Source of the DNA: Aliivibrio fischeri ES114
GTDB lineage: Bacteria > Pseudomonadota > Gammaproteobacteria > Enterobacterales > Vibrionaceae
Direction: 5' to 3' (one strand)
DNA length: 32,000 bases
Assembly (NCBI RefSeq): GCF_000011805.1
Contig: NC_006840.2
Shown: positions 1-8,276 of the stretch, piece by piece
How the letters are laid out: every line of letters starts with the position of its first letter
Numbering within the stretch: the first letter of the stretch is position 1
Notes under the pieces: generated by a model
What the model was told of the DNA's origin: nothing
Databases searched by the model: none
Seen by the model: the letters and a program-made list of their open reading frames with translations, nothing else
Made by a program: the position numbers and the translations under genes

Positions 1-614
1 ATAACGCGTTATCTATTCTGCATTTCTTTAACCAAAAGTTAGGGAAATCAATGCCAGAATTACCAGCTCTGACTGAGCAAGTAAAAGAAACATTTAATCA
101 CGCTTTCTATAATGATAAAGGCTATTTAAACGATTGGATTAAAGGTGAGGAAGTGAACCAACAAATTCGTCCAAACCAAGCTTATGCTGTTGGTCTTCCT
201 TTCCCTATTTTAAGTGAAGAAAAAGCGCGTTCGGTTATTTTAAATATCTACCAGCACCTTTATACCCCGCTGGGTTTACGCTCTTTAGCGATGCAAGATC
301 CCGAGTTTAAATCGGTACATACTGGGTCTCATTATGATCGTGATATGGCTTACCACCAAGGTACCGTCTGGGGCTTTATGATTGGTCAGTTCCTGATGGG
401 TATTTTACGTCACTTCCCTAATGACGCGTCACTCATGCACATTGTCGAGCAGTTCATTTCTCATAACCAAGATGCGCTATCTGAAGGGTGTATTGGTCAA
501 TTAGCTGAAATTTATGATGGTTATTCACCTAACCAATCTCGTGGCTGTTTTGCTCAAGCTTGGAGCGTCAGCGAAGTGTTACGTGTTCTTAAACATTATG
601 AAGAACGTATCTAA
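1..614 (+). CDS. glycogen debranching enzyme / amylo-alpha-1,6-glucosidase family protein, C-terminal part (5' end lies left of the window)
   Basis: The frame is open from nt 3 with no stop upstream of the listed Met at 51, so the gene enters from the left edge. The C-terminal region (AYHQGTVWGF, FAQAWSVSEVLRV) looks like the GDE_C six-hairpin glycosidase domain. A GH13 gene follows 33 nt downstream on the same strand. Confidence 0.7.
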   Translation, partial: NALSILHFFNQKLGKSMPELPALTEQVKETFNHAFYNDKGYLNDWIKGEEVNQQIRPNQAYAVGLPFPILSEEKARSVILNIYQHLYTPLGLRSLAMQDPEFKSVHTGSHYDRDMAYHQGTVWGFMIGQFLMGILRHFPNDASLMHIVEQFISHNQDALSEGCIGQLAEIYDGYSPNQSRGCFAQAWSVSEVLRVLKHYEERI

Positions 615-647
615 CCATTACGAACTTAACGCTAAACGGTATTAATA

Positions 648-2480
648 ATGATTACAAAAGCAGCGATTTATCATCGATCTCACTCTAGTTATTCTTATGC
701 ATATGATAAGGATACGCTTCATTTGCGAATTCGTACCGCAAAAGGAGAAGTAGACAATGCGACGCTAAGAATTGGCGACCCATACGATTGGACTTTTGGT
801 GGCGGTGGCGGCAATTTAAATGCTGAAGACGCAAGCGGCTGGACAGGTGGAACCAACTTACCCATGATAAAAGAGTGTGAAACAGAACTGTTTGACTACT
901 GGTTTTGTGAAGCACAACCTCGCTTTTATCGTGCACGTTACGCTTTCCTTCTTGAAGGCAAAGACAGTGAAAAATTACTGGTAAGCGAAAAACTCATCAC
1001 CCAAATAACCGATGACGCCGATCCAATACTCAGTCAATTACTGAATTTTTATTGCTTCCCATACATGAACCCAACTGATGTGTTTAACGCACCAGAATGG
1101 GTTAAAGAAACCATTTGGTATCAAATTTTCCCAGAGCGTTTTGCTAATGGTGACCCATCTATCTCACCAAAAAATGTACTGCCTTGGGGATCTGAAGATC
1201 CAAAAACCAACAGTTTCTTTGGTGGCGATTTACAAGGGGTTATTGATCATCTTGATTACCTGCAAGATCTCGGTATTACTGGTATTTATTTCACACCTAT
1301 CACTCAAGGTGAAACGAACCATAAATACGACACCACCGATTATTTAAAAGTAGACCCCGCTTTTGGTAGTGATGAAACGGTTCATACTTTAATAGATGAA
1401 GCACATAAACGTGGCATGAAAGTCATGCTAGATGCGGTATTTAATCATATCGGTGCTAATTCAATTCAGTGGCAAGATGTCATTAAACATGGAAAAGACT
1501 CTCAATACATCGATTGGTTTTATGTCGAGCAATTTCCACTGATTGATGAGTCAAAAAAAGCGTACCACAGTAAAGAGCAATTAAATTATCGTGCCTTTGC
1601 TTTTGCGCAAAACATGCCAAAACTCAATACAGAAAATCCAGAAGTGATTGAATACCTAATTGAAGTTGGCCGCTACTGGGTGAAAAACTTTGACATTGAT
1701 GCATGGCGTTTAGATGTAGCAAACGAAGTTGATCAACGTTTTTGGCGACGCTTCCGTGATGAACTAAAAGCCATCAAACCTGAGTTATATATTTTAGGTG
1801 AAGTGTGGCACGACTCAATGAACTGGCTAGGTGGTGATCAGTTTGATGGCGTAATGAATTACCCATTAGCGGATGCCATGTTAGGCTTTTTTGCCCATGA
1901 CAACCTAAGTGCAAATCAGTTTAAATTTGCGGTAAATGACGTTAATGCCAACTACCCTATTAACGTGAATGAAGTGGCCTTTTCATTACTTGATAGCCAC
2001 GATACACCACGCATTATTAACCGATGCAACGGCAATAAAGAGAAAGCGAAGTTAGCCTATTTGTTCCAATTCACTCACAGTGGTACGCCTTGTATTTATT
2101 ACGGTGGTGAAATTGGGCTAGATGGCGGTGTTGATCCGCTTAACCGAAAATGCATGATTTGGGATGAACGTCAGCATGATATGAACATGAAACATCACAT
2201 CATGCAGCTCATCAAACTGCGTAAAGCTCACCCAGCGTTACGTGCTCATGCCATAAACTGGCTTGTGGTTGACGATGAACAACAGTGCTTTATCTACCAA
2301 AAAGAATATCAGGGTGAACGTATTATTATTGCTATGAACAACAGTAATGCCCCCGCTTGTATGACGCTTCCTAGTGAGTGGCGTGATCAAGAGGTCACCG
2401 ATATTTATCATGAAACCGCCGTTAAATTAACGCAAAGTTTGACGGTGCCTGCATTTGGCTTTGCTGTTTATCAGATTTAA
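648..2480 (+). CDS. GH13 alpha-glucosidase of the cyclomaltodextrinase / neopullulanase / maltogenic amylase type
   Basis: 610 aa. The four GH13 conserved regions are present (DAVFNH, DAWRLDVANEV, ILGEVWH, LLDSHD). The N-terminal domain plus YQIFPERFANGD is typical of intracellular cyclomaltodextrinase-type enzymes. No signal peptide. Confidence 0.9.
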   Translation: MITKAAIYHRSHSSYSYAYDKDTLHLRIRTAKGEVDNATLRIGDPYDWTFGGGGGNLNAEDASGWTGGTNLPMIKECETELFDYWFCEAQPRFYRARYAFLLEGKDSEKLLVSEKLITQITDDADPILSQLLNFYCFPYMNPTDVFNAPEWVKETIWYQIFPERFANGDPSISPKNVLPWGSEDPKTNSFFGGDLQGVIDHLDYLQDLGITGIYFTPITQGETNHKYDTTDYLKVDPAFGSDETVHTLIDEAHKRGMKVMLDAVFNHIGANSIQWQDVIKHGKDSQYIDWFYVEQFPLIDESKKAYHSKEQLNYRAFAFAQNMPKLNTENPEVIEYLIEVGRYWVKNFDIDAWRLDVANEVDQRFWRRFRDELKAIKPELYILGEVWHDSMNWLGGDQFDGVMNYPLADAMLGFFAHDNLSANQFKFAVNDVNANYPINVNEVAFSLLDSHDTPRIINRCNGNKEKAKLAYLFQFTHSGTPCIYYGGEIGLDGGVDPLNRKCMIWDERQHDMNMKHHIMQLIKLRKAHPALRAHAINWLVVDDEQQCFIYQKEYQGERIIIAMNNSNAPACMTLPSEWRDQEVTDIYHETAVKLTQSLTVPAFGFAVYQI

Positions 2481-2517
2481 ACGCTATAAGTAGCAATGTA
2501 TTGATAAGAAACATAAA

Positions 2518-2548
2518 ATAGCTCTTTTCGATTAGTCTGAAGAGCTAT
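2518..2548 (+). terminator. 9-bp hairpin after the GH13 gene (ATAGCTCTT-N13-AAGAGCTAT); possible terminator that also overlaps the SD-like AAGAG of the next gene
   Basis: Perfect inverted repeat read directly. There is no clean U-tract, and the ATG of the LysR gene follows at 2550. Confidence 0.35.
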
Positions 2549-2549
2549 T

Positions 2550-3485
2550 ATGTTTAAATTAATGCTTCAATTCATACAAGTTGCAAAAGCACAAAATGTT
2601 ACGCAAGCAGCGAACACCTTGTGCTTAAGCCAACCGACGTTAAGTCATAATATGCAAAAGCTAGAGGAAAAGCTGGGAAGCAAACTGTTTTATCGCAATT
2701 CAAAAGGGATCACCCTTACCTCTAGTGGCGAAGTGCTCTACGAGCAAGCTAAAATGATGCAGCATTTATACGAAAATACCCTTCATAAATTAGAAAAAAA
2801 TAAGTTACGGCACCAAACGGAATTAAAAATTGGTTGCGGTGATGCTTGGTGGCATCTATTTGTTCGGGACTGTGTTCAAGATTTTAGAGATACCAACCCT
2901 CACAGCAATATCACCATTGATGTAGGTGACCACTTGCAGTTAATGAACCTGCTCCTCAGTGATGAAATCAGCATTTTTGTCGGCCATGAAATATTAGGTC
3001 TGGCTCAATACGAAGATATCCTTTTCCACCCTCTATTTAGTAGTCATGAAGAAGTGTATGTTCGAAAAGATCATCCACTCTTAGAGCGAGTGTGTAGTGA
3101 CGAAGATATTGCCCGTTTTCCTTCAGTTGATTTAGGGGCATCAAAAAAACGCTATGCGCATCTCGTGCAACAACAAAACAATGAATTAAGTACCTTTCAA
3201 AAACGACACTACCTGCAAGAAAAGGTGATTTACAACACCAACTCCTTATTAACGGCGCTTGATTTACTGCAAAATAGTGACGCTATTTTGCCTTACCCAG
3301 TCGGCATGAAAGTGTATTTTGAAGGCTTTGGGATTGTGCCGTTAAAAATGAAGAAGTGCTTTGGTAAAGCGACGATTGGCGCTTATCTGCATAAAGATGG
3401 CCAGCAAAATAAACAAAGTATAGCGCTACTAGAACAATTTAAAGAGCTCATAAAAAACAACCCTCAAATTAAGGGCAAAGAATAG
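2550..3485 (+). CDS. LysR-family transcriptional regulator
   Basis: 311 aa. N-terminal HTH (NVTQAANTLCLSQPTLSHNMQKLEEKLGSKLFYRNSKGITLTSSGE) followed by a LysR-type substrate-binding domain of the expected length. Confidence 0.85.
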   Translation: MFKLMLQFIQVAKAQNVTQAANTLCLSQPTLSHNMQKLEEKLGSKLFYRNSKGITLTSSGEVLYEQAKMMQHLYENTLHKLEKNKLRHQTELKIGCGDAWWHLFVRDCVQDFRDTNPHSNITIDVGDHLQLMNLLLSDEISIFVGHEILGLAQYEDILFHPLFSSHEEVYVRKDHPLLERVCSDEDIARFPSVDLGASKKRYAHLVQQQNNELSTFQKRHYLQEKVIYNTNSLLTALDLLQNSDAILPYPVGMKVYFEGFGIVPLKMKKCFGKATIGAYLHKDGQQNKQSIALLEQFKELIKNNPQIKGKE

Positions 3486-3491
3486 AAACAA

Positions 3492-3524
3492 TAAAGCCCA
3501 GAGCAGTACATATCTGGGCTTTTA
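3492..3524. terminator. bidirectional rho-independent terminator between the LysR gene and the convergent MgtE-like gene
   Basis: GCCCAGA-N10-TCTGGGC stem flanked by AAA on the left and TTTT on the right. Confidence 0.7.
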
Positions 3525-3529
3525 CTAGA

Positions 3530-4156
3530 TTAACCGATATCTAATATTGCAGAAGCGATAGCAAAATAAATCAATACACCAGAGATATCAGCAATGGATG
3601 TGATCATAGGGACACTGGCTGATGCAGGGTCCAAGTTGAGTTTATGCAAAACAAAAGGCAGAACAGTTCCAACCAAACTACCAATTAACACAATGGCTAC
3701 CATACTGATGCCGACGACCATAGCGATTTCATAACCACCACGATATAGCCCCAAAAAATAAACAGCGATTGCCATACTAAAACCAAGACCTAAAGCAACA
3801 AACACTTCTCTTGCTAACATTCGTCCCCAATCATTGGGATGAACATCACCAGTGGCCAGCGCTCGAACCATTAGTGTTGCTGATTGCGATCCTGCATTAC
3901 CACCGCTATCTATTAATAGTGGTAAAAAGAAAACCAACGCAACATATGAGGTAATGATCTCTTCAAAATACGCGATTCCAGCTCCTGAAAAAATATTTCC
4001 AAAAACTAAAATAACGAGCCAAAAAACGCGCTTTTTATAAAGTAAACCAATAGAAGCATTTTTGATGCTGATCCCCAAGTTTTCTGCATGTGTTTCTTTG
4101 TGCATCATCTTTGAAGTATCAGTGTTTGAAGTCGAATTTTTTTGTACAAATTCCAT
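3530..4156 (-). CDS. MgtE-like divalent cation (Mg2+) channel, membrane domain only
   Basis: 208 aa. Contains the MgtE TM-domain signature PLLIDSGGNAGSQSATLMVRALATGD and about 5 hydrophobic helices. There is no MgtE N-domain and no CBS pair. The upstream intergenic region (368 nt) is too short to hide them. Confidence 0.8.
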   Translation of the reverse strand: MEFVQKNSTSNTDTSKMMHKETHAENLGISIKNASIGLLYKKRVFWLVILVFGNIFSGAGIAYFEEIITSYVALVFFLPLLIDSGGNAGSQSATLMVRALATGDVHPNDWGRMLAREVFVALGLGFSMAIAVYFLGLYRGGYEIAMVVGISMVAIVLIGSLVGTVLPFVLHKLNLDPASASVPMITSIADISGVLIYFAIASAILDIG

Positions 4157-4160
4157 AATA

Positions 4161-4195
4161 CGTCCTCTGCTCTGAAGACGTAATTATCCTCAGAA
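4161..4195 (-). promoter_or_regulatory. two mutually exclusive RNA helices in the leader of the MgtE-like gene; the proximal one sequesters the Shine-Dalgarno
   Basis: On the minus strand, CGUCUUC-AGAGCA-GAGGACG (4161-4180) forms 7 bp, and its 3' arm contains GAGGA 6 nt before the ATG. The alternative helix is UUCUGAGG (4188-4195) with CUUCAGAG (4170-4177), 8 bp including two G.U pairs. Confidence 0.45.
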
Positions 4196-4197
4196 CA

Positions 4198-4254
4198 TCA
4201 TTTATTTAATAAGTTAAACCACCAACTTGGGGGTTCCTGTAGATGTGTGTTCAT
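4198..4254 (-). other. candidate 18-codon leader ORF (MNTHLQEPPSWWFNLLNK) upstream of the MgtE-like gene
   Basis: AAGGAA (4261-4266) lies 6 nt before the ATG. The ORF ends 2 nt before the upstream arm of the alternative helix. It is too short for the ORF track. Its coding status is unproven. Confidence 0.3.
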
Positions 4255-4524
4255 GAGGTGTTCCTTATAGAAACGAAAAATAACCTGACCACTCTTTACT
4301 GGTTGAGTAATCTTGACGAGGGGACTCTAACGAATTCACTCTGTGGTTACCATTACGGACTGTAAGAATAAATGTCAGAGTTTGTATTTAGTTACATTAT
4401 TTGTTCTATCTTATTGATGTTAAAGTTCATCTTATAAATGAGAACGCAATCGATTGATTGGTTTGCTTAATAAAGGTAGAGCTTATACTCTATAAACATA
4501 ATTACTAAAAAAAGAATTACTTTT

Positions 4525-5574
4525 ATGAAATTACTTTCTCAATTGTTGCTATTCACTTCATTAACCTTCCCATTAAGCAGCTTTGCCGCTCTTGGTGAAC
4601 ATCCGATAATTTTGATCCATGGTTTCCAAGCAGGACAATTACAAACCAAACCTAATCATGACGCTGTTGTTGCTGATGGTAAAAATTACTGGCAAGACTA
4701 TTGGCTAGCCAAGGCCGATGATCGTATTGATTGGCCATCTCAAGAACGAGTAGCAGGAAAAATATCTACCGATTACATCTGGCCAAAACTCCAAGAGCTA
4801 TCTAAAAATAACACCTGTAAAAATGGTTGTATTTTAGTTACTCACTCTACTGGCGATTTGGTTGCTCGTCATTTGTTAGATAACCAAGAAAACTGGCTGA
4901 CTAATGCAGGCCTAACACCTTTAAAAATCATTGCGACGTTTGATTTTGCTGGTGCTGGTGGCGGTTCTGAATTAGGTGATCTTGCGATTAATATTTCAGA
5001 AGGCAGTGGGTATTTAAATGCCCCTCTAAAATACGCAATGTCACTATGGCTTGGGGAAGTGCCATCACCTAAAAATACGGGGGTTCTTAATGATTTAAAA
5101 GTAGCGAATGCTCGTCAAATAGCGGCGCTACCTGACAACCGTATCCCCAGAATTCGCTTTGTTGGTAAAGGCAGTGATTATGTTGGTTCAACAAGTCCAT
5201 TTTTATTAGGTAAAGATGATGGCGTAGTAGCGAGCCACTCTTCATGTGGGGCCAGTGAAGCTGGTAACTTTAATAGTTGCTCTATCAATGTCGCTTTTGA
5301 TGGAAAACTCTCCCCACAAGCAAACGCAGTGACTCAATTTATGCCTTTTCATTACCCAATGTTAATGGGAGATGATTACAGTCATAGCGGTCTAATTAGC
5401 AGTAAACATCAAGGTAAAATCACAGCAGTTAATCCTACACTAACATTACAAGATGGTAGCGTTATCAAAGTAGAAACCACAGATTCTGCATACTGGTTAA
5501 CAGGAAATGTCTATCGTTACGTCAATAATTCAGAAAACGCCACCATGTCAGAATTAGTCAGTGAGCTACTATAA
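4525..5574 (+). CDS. secreted alpha/beta-hydrolase (lipase/esterase-like)
   Basis: 349 aa. Sec signal peptide (LTFPLSSFA/ALGE). IILIHGF follows directly after the signal, as in lipase oxyanion-hole strands. Nucleophile-elbow variant VTHSTGD. Later KDDGVV and DDYSHSG are candidate Asp and His of a catalytic triad. Confidence 0.7.
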   Translation: MKLLSQLLLFTSLTFPLSSFAALGEHPIILIHGFQAGQLQTKPNHDAVVADGKNYWQDYWLAKADDRIDWPSQERVAGKISTDYIWPKLQELSKNNTCKNGCILVTHSTGDLVARHLLDNQENWLTNAGLTPLKIIATFDFAGAGGGSELGDLAINISEGSGYLNAPLKYAMSLWLGEVPSPKNTGVLNDLKVANARQIAALPDNRIPRIRFVGKGSDYVGSTSPFLLGKDDGVVASHSSCGASEAGNFNSCSINVAFDGKLSPQANAVTQFMPFHYPMLMGDDYSHSGLISSKHQGKITAVNPTLTLQDGSVIKVETTDSAYWLTGNVYRYVNNSENATMSELVSELL

Positions 5575-6647
5575 TGAATAAAAATGCGTTTGTAATTGGA
5601 ACACTGCTGACTTGTTCAGCAGTGTTTTACCATTGGATAATCCAAGAAACGACACCGACCCCAGCGAAAGCTTCTCCTTTATCTAAAACGGAGAGTAAAT
5701 CTGTGTCGACAAACACCTTGCAGCCAAAACCACTCCACCAAAAGCAAGAGAGCCGCACAATAAAATCAATAACACCTGAACCTATCGATTCAGAATCAAC
5801 ACCAGAAGAAGTGAGTCAACAGTTCGCATTATTATCCCAAATATACGAACAAGAACTTCAATACCCTAGCTACTCTTTACCATTAACACCTAATAGCTAT
5901 AGCTACCTTGAACCCAATCACTTCACTGAAATTGCTTTGCCTGTATTAGATGGAAGCCACTCAGCCTCACTAGGATTAAGTAAATATCGTTTTAGTTACC
6001 CTGAACCTATTAGAGTGACCTTAAATTCTGATCTTAATGTTGACCATATTGAATACCAACTGATTGATATTGAAACTCAAAAGACGCTTGCTAGCCTATA
6101 TACTCAAGAGCTAAGCTTTGAATTTTCACCTAAACAAGATTGGCCACAAGAAGTTCGTATAAAAGCAAATATCTCTTTTGACCAAGGTGATGACGTATTA
6201 ACTGCAGATTTTCAGTTCTCTAACCCAATAGCCTTTGTTAACCAAGTATCAGCCCCTTACTCACAAGGCAGCGATATGATCATTCCTTTACAAGTTGATG
6301 TGAAAGAATCTGGTTTGTACCGAATTCGAGCTAACTTATATCAAAGTAATGGGAAACCAGTCGCTTCTCTTATGAATAAAATGCCTCTTACAACGGGTGA
6401 AGTGACATTTGAACTAAAAGCGCACCATTCTGTATTAAAAGAGAAAGGAAGTGATTTTGAGTTACGCAGCATTACCGTAGAAAAAATGTCAGGGTTTCCT
6501 GATGAGAAAACACATTACGGTATAAGTAAAGAGCAGAGCTACCCTCTCTCTTCTTTTGACGTATCTAGCTTAAATAATCAGCCTTATAAAATGTCAGAAG
6601 AAGAAAAGGAACGATTGGATTTTCTCGATGAGATCGCCCACCAATAA
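5574..6647 (+). CDS. membrane-anchored periplasmic protein of unknown function, translationally coupled to the hydrolase
   Basis: 357 aa. The ATG overlaps the upstream stop (TAATG at 5572-5576). It has one N-terminal hydrophobic helix (VIGTLLTCSAVFYHWII), a linker of about 70 aa rich in S/T/P/E/Q, and then about 250 aa with a beta-strand-like alternation pattern. I recognise no motif. Confidence 0.6.
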   Translation: MNKNAFVIGTLLTCSAVFYHWIIQETTPTPAKASPLSKTESKSVSTNTLQPKPLHQKQESRTIKSITPEPIDSESTPEEVSQQFALLSQIYEQELQYPSYSLPLTPNSYSYLEPNHFTEIALPVLDGSHSASLGLSKYRFSYPEPIRVTLNSDLNVDHIEYQLIDIETQKTLASLYTQELSFEFSPKQDWPQEVRIKANISFDQGDDVLTADFQFSNPIAFVNQVSAPYSQGSDMIIPLQVDVKESGLYRIRANLYQSNGKPVASLMNKMPLTTGEVTFELKAHHSVLKEKGSDFELRSITVEKMSGFPDEKTHYGISKEQSYPLSSFDVSSLNNQPYKMSEEEKERLDFLDEIAHQ

Positions 6648-6675
6648 AAAAGGAGATCGTACGATCTCCTTTTAT
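6647..6675. terminator. bidirectional terminator (AGGAGATCGT/ACGATCTCCT palindrome)
   Basis: Perfect 20-nt palindrome at 6651-6670, flanked by an A-run and TTT, between convergent genes. Confidence 0.75.
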
Positions 6676-6693
6676 CATTTAATGAATCCCGAA

Positions 6694-8079
6694 TTAATTC
6701 AGCATTTCACCTTTGTACTCACCAGTTAAGGTTTTCAAATAAGCGCTAATATCTTCAACTTCACTTTTAGATAAAGTCACACCAACTTGGTATTGCGCCA
6801 TTGCAGCAACTGCGTCATCTAGTGTTTCGGCACTACCATCATGGAAATAAGGTGCTGTTAGTGCAATATTTCTTAGCGTCGGAACTTTAAAACGGTTCAT
6901 ATCATGTGCTTTACTCGTCACATTAAAACGACCATTATCCACCTCAGATACATTACCTCGCTCACCAAAGTAATCCGCTTTTAATCCCATGACTTCAAAC
7001 GTTTGTCCACCCATTGCTTGACCAGCATGACACGTCGAACATTTGTTTTGTTTAAATAATTCATAGCCGTGTTGCTCTTGCTCATTTAATGCTAATGCAT
7101 CGCCTTTTAAGAATTGGTCAAATCGGCTATTCGGAGTGATCAAGGTTTTCTCAAACTCAGCAATCGCATCGGTGATGTTTTCACCCGTGATCCCATCAGG
7201 GTAAATCTTAGCAAAGGTCGCTTTCATCTCTTCATCAAGTTCAAGCTTACCTGTAATTTGCTCCCATGATGCAGAACCCATCTCGATAGGATTCATCGGT
7301 GGCCCACCCGCTTGCTCTTGTAAGTCATTCGCACGACCATCCCAGAATTGGTGGATATTATAAGATGAGTTAAACACCGTCGGCGCATTAATTGGGCCTT
7401 TTGAACCATTAATACCCGTTGATGTAGTTAATCTATCTACTCCGCCCGTTGATAATGAATGACAGCTAGAACAAGCTACCGTGTTATCACCAGAAAGACG
7501 TTTATCGTGGTATAACGCATCACCTAATGCCACTTTTTGTTCATCTACAGTGACATGTGCGTTAATCGGTTGAACCGCTTCGTATTTATATTCACTACTA
7601 GCCAATGAGTGTTTATTCTTTTGTTCCTGCTTTATCCAAGCGCGTAGAGTATGTTTTTCTTCATTAGATAAACTTGATCTCCAGTGCATCGACAAATACG
7701 CTTTTGGTGGCATTGATTCATCATTCAATACACCACTGATTTTAGCTAAGGCAACATCTGAAACTTCATTGCCAACTTGAAAACTATTTAATACATCATC
7801 AAATTGGAAATGACGTAGTCCACTCTCCACATCTTTTTGCATGATCTGTTTAGCGATTGGAAAGTTAGCATAAAAAGGCATTTCGCTATTTTCAGTATGG
7901 CAGTAACCACAGCCGTTCTCTGTTAATACTTTAAACGCAGCAGAAGAGATTGGGTCATCTTTAATCTGTGCTTGAGCTAATTTTCTTTGGCTAAGCGCTT
8001 CATCTGATGAATCAACAATGTAAACCGTTCCAAGATAAGCAACGACGCCTAAACCAACTACTAATCCTATTTTTTTCAT
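6694..8079 (-). CDS. triheme cytochrome c peroxidase (YhjA/quinol-peroxidase type), membrane-anchored
   Basis: Three CXXCH motifs (CGYCH, CSSCH, CSTCH). The C-terminal two thirds resembles dihaem CcpA/MauG (GPPMNPIEM, FKVPTLRN). I chose the start at MKKIGLVVGL because AGGAG lies 7 nt upstream, and dropped the 20-codon extension in the ORF track. The N-terminal hydrophobic helix is the anchor. Confidence 0.85.
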   Translation of the reverse strand: MKKIGLVVGLGVVAYLGTVYIVDSSDEALSQRKLAQAQIKDDPISSAAFKVLTENGCGYCHTENSEMPFYANFPIAKQIMQKDVESGLRHFQFDDVLNSFQVGNEVSDVALAKISGVLNDESMPPKAYLSMHWRSSLSNEEKHTLRAWIKQEQKNKHSLASSEYKYEAVQPINAHVTVDEQKVALGDALYHDKRLSGDNTVACSSCHSLSTGGVDRLTTSTGINGSKGPINAPTVFNSSYNIHQFWDGRANDLQEQAGGPPMNPIEMGSASWEQITGKLELDEEMKATFAKIYPDGITGENITDAIAEFEKTLITPNSRFDQFLKGDALALNEQEQHGYELFKQNKCSTCHAGQAMGGQTFEVMGLKADYFGERGNVSEVDNGRFNVTSKAHDMNRFKVPTLRNIALTAPYFHDGSAETLDDAVAAMAQYQVGVTLSKSEVEDISAYLKTLTGEYKGEMLN

Positions 8080-8276
8080 TATTATCTCCTGCAATACGAA
8101 TATGCGCACACGATAAAGTGAAAAAAAGAGGCTTACCAAGGAAGAAATATCATGAGAATCATCGCTTTAATCGATACTTCAAAAATGCAACATTAAATAA
8201 CCTTACTTTTCATGATGATAAATTACACTCGGCTTTTATATGTGTAATTTTTGTTAAATTATTAGCAACCAATTCC

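Noticed and set aside
685-1347. Antisense and alternative-frame ORFs inside the GH13 gene (685-936 minus, 1078-1347 plus).
   Set aside because: They are fully nested in a well-supported CDS and show no homology signal. They are typical shadow ORFs.
4267-4400. Possible canonical M-box (ykoK) Mg2+ riboswitch in the distal leader of the MgtE-like gene. The minus strand reads UUCGUUAG...AAAGAG...GGUCAG...AUAAGG...ACAGG, in the same order as some M-box core elements.
   Set aside because: I could not find the closing P1 strand (CUAAAGCUC..ACGA type) or the conserved GGUGAGGC and GACGC segments. The resemblance is limited to short words. Only an Infernal search with Rfam RF00380 could settle it, so I did not call it.
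5574-6647. Lif-type lipase-specific foldase as the identity of the hydrolase partner.
   Set aside because: Composition and predicted secondary structure are wrong (strand-like, not Arg/Ala/Gln-rich helical), and the Lif RxxFDY(F/C)L(S/T)A motif is absent.
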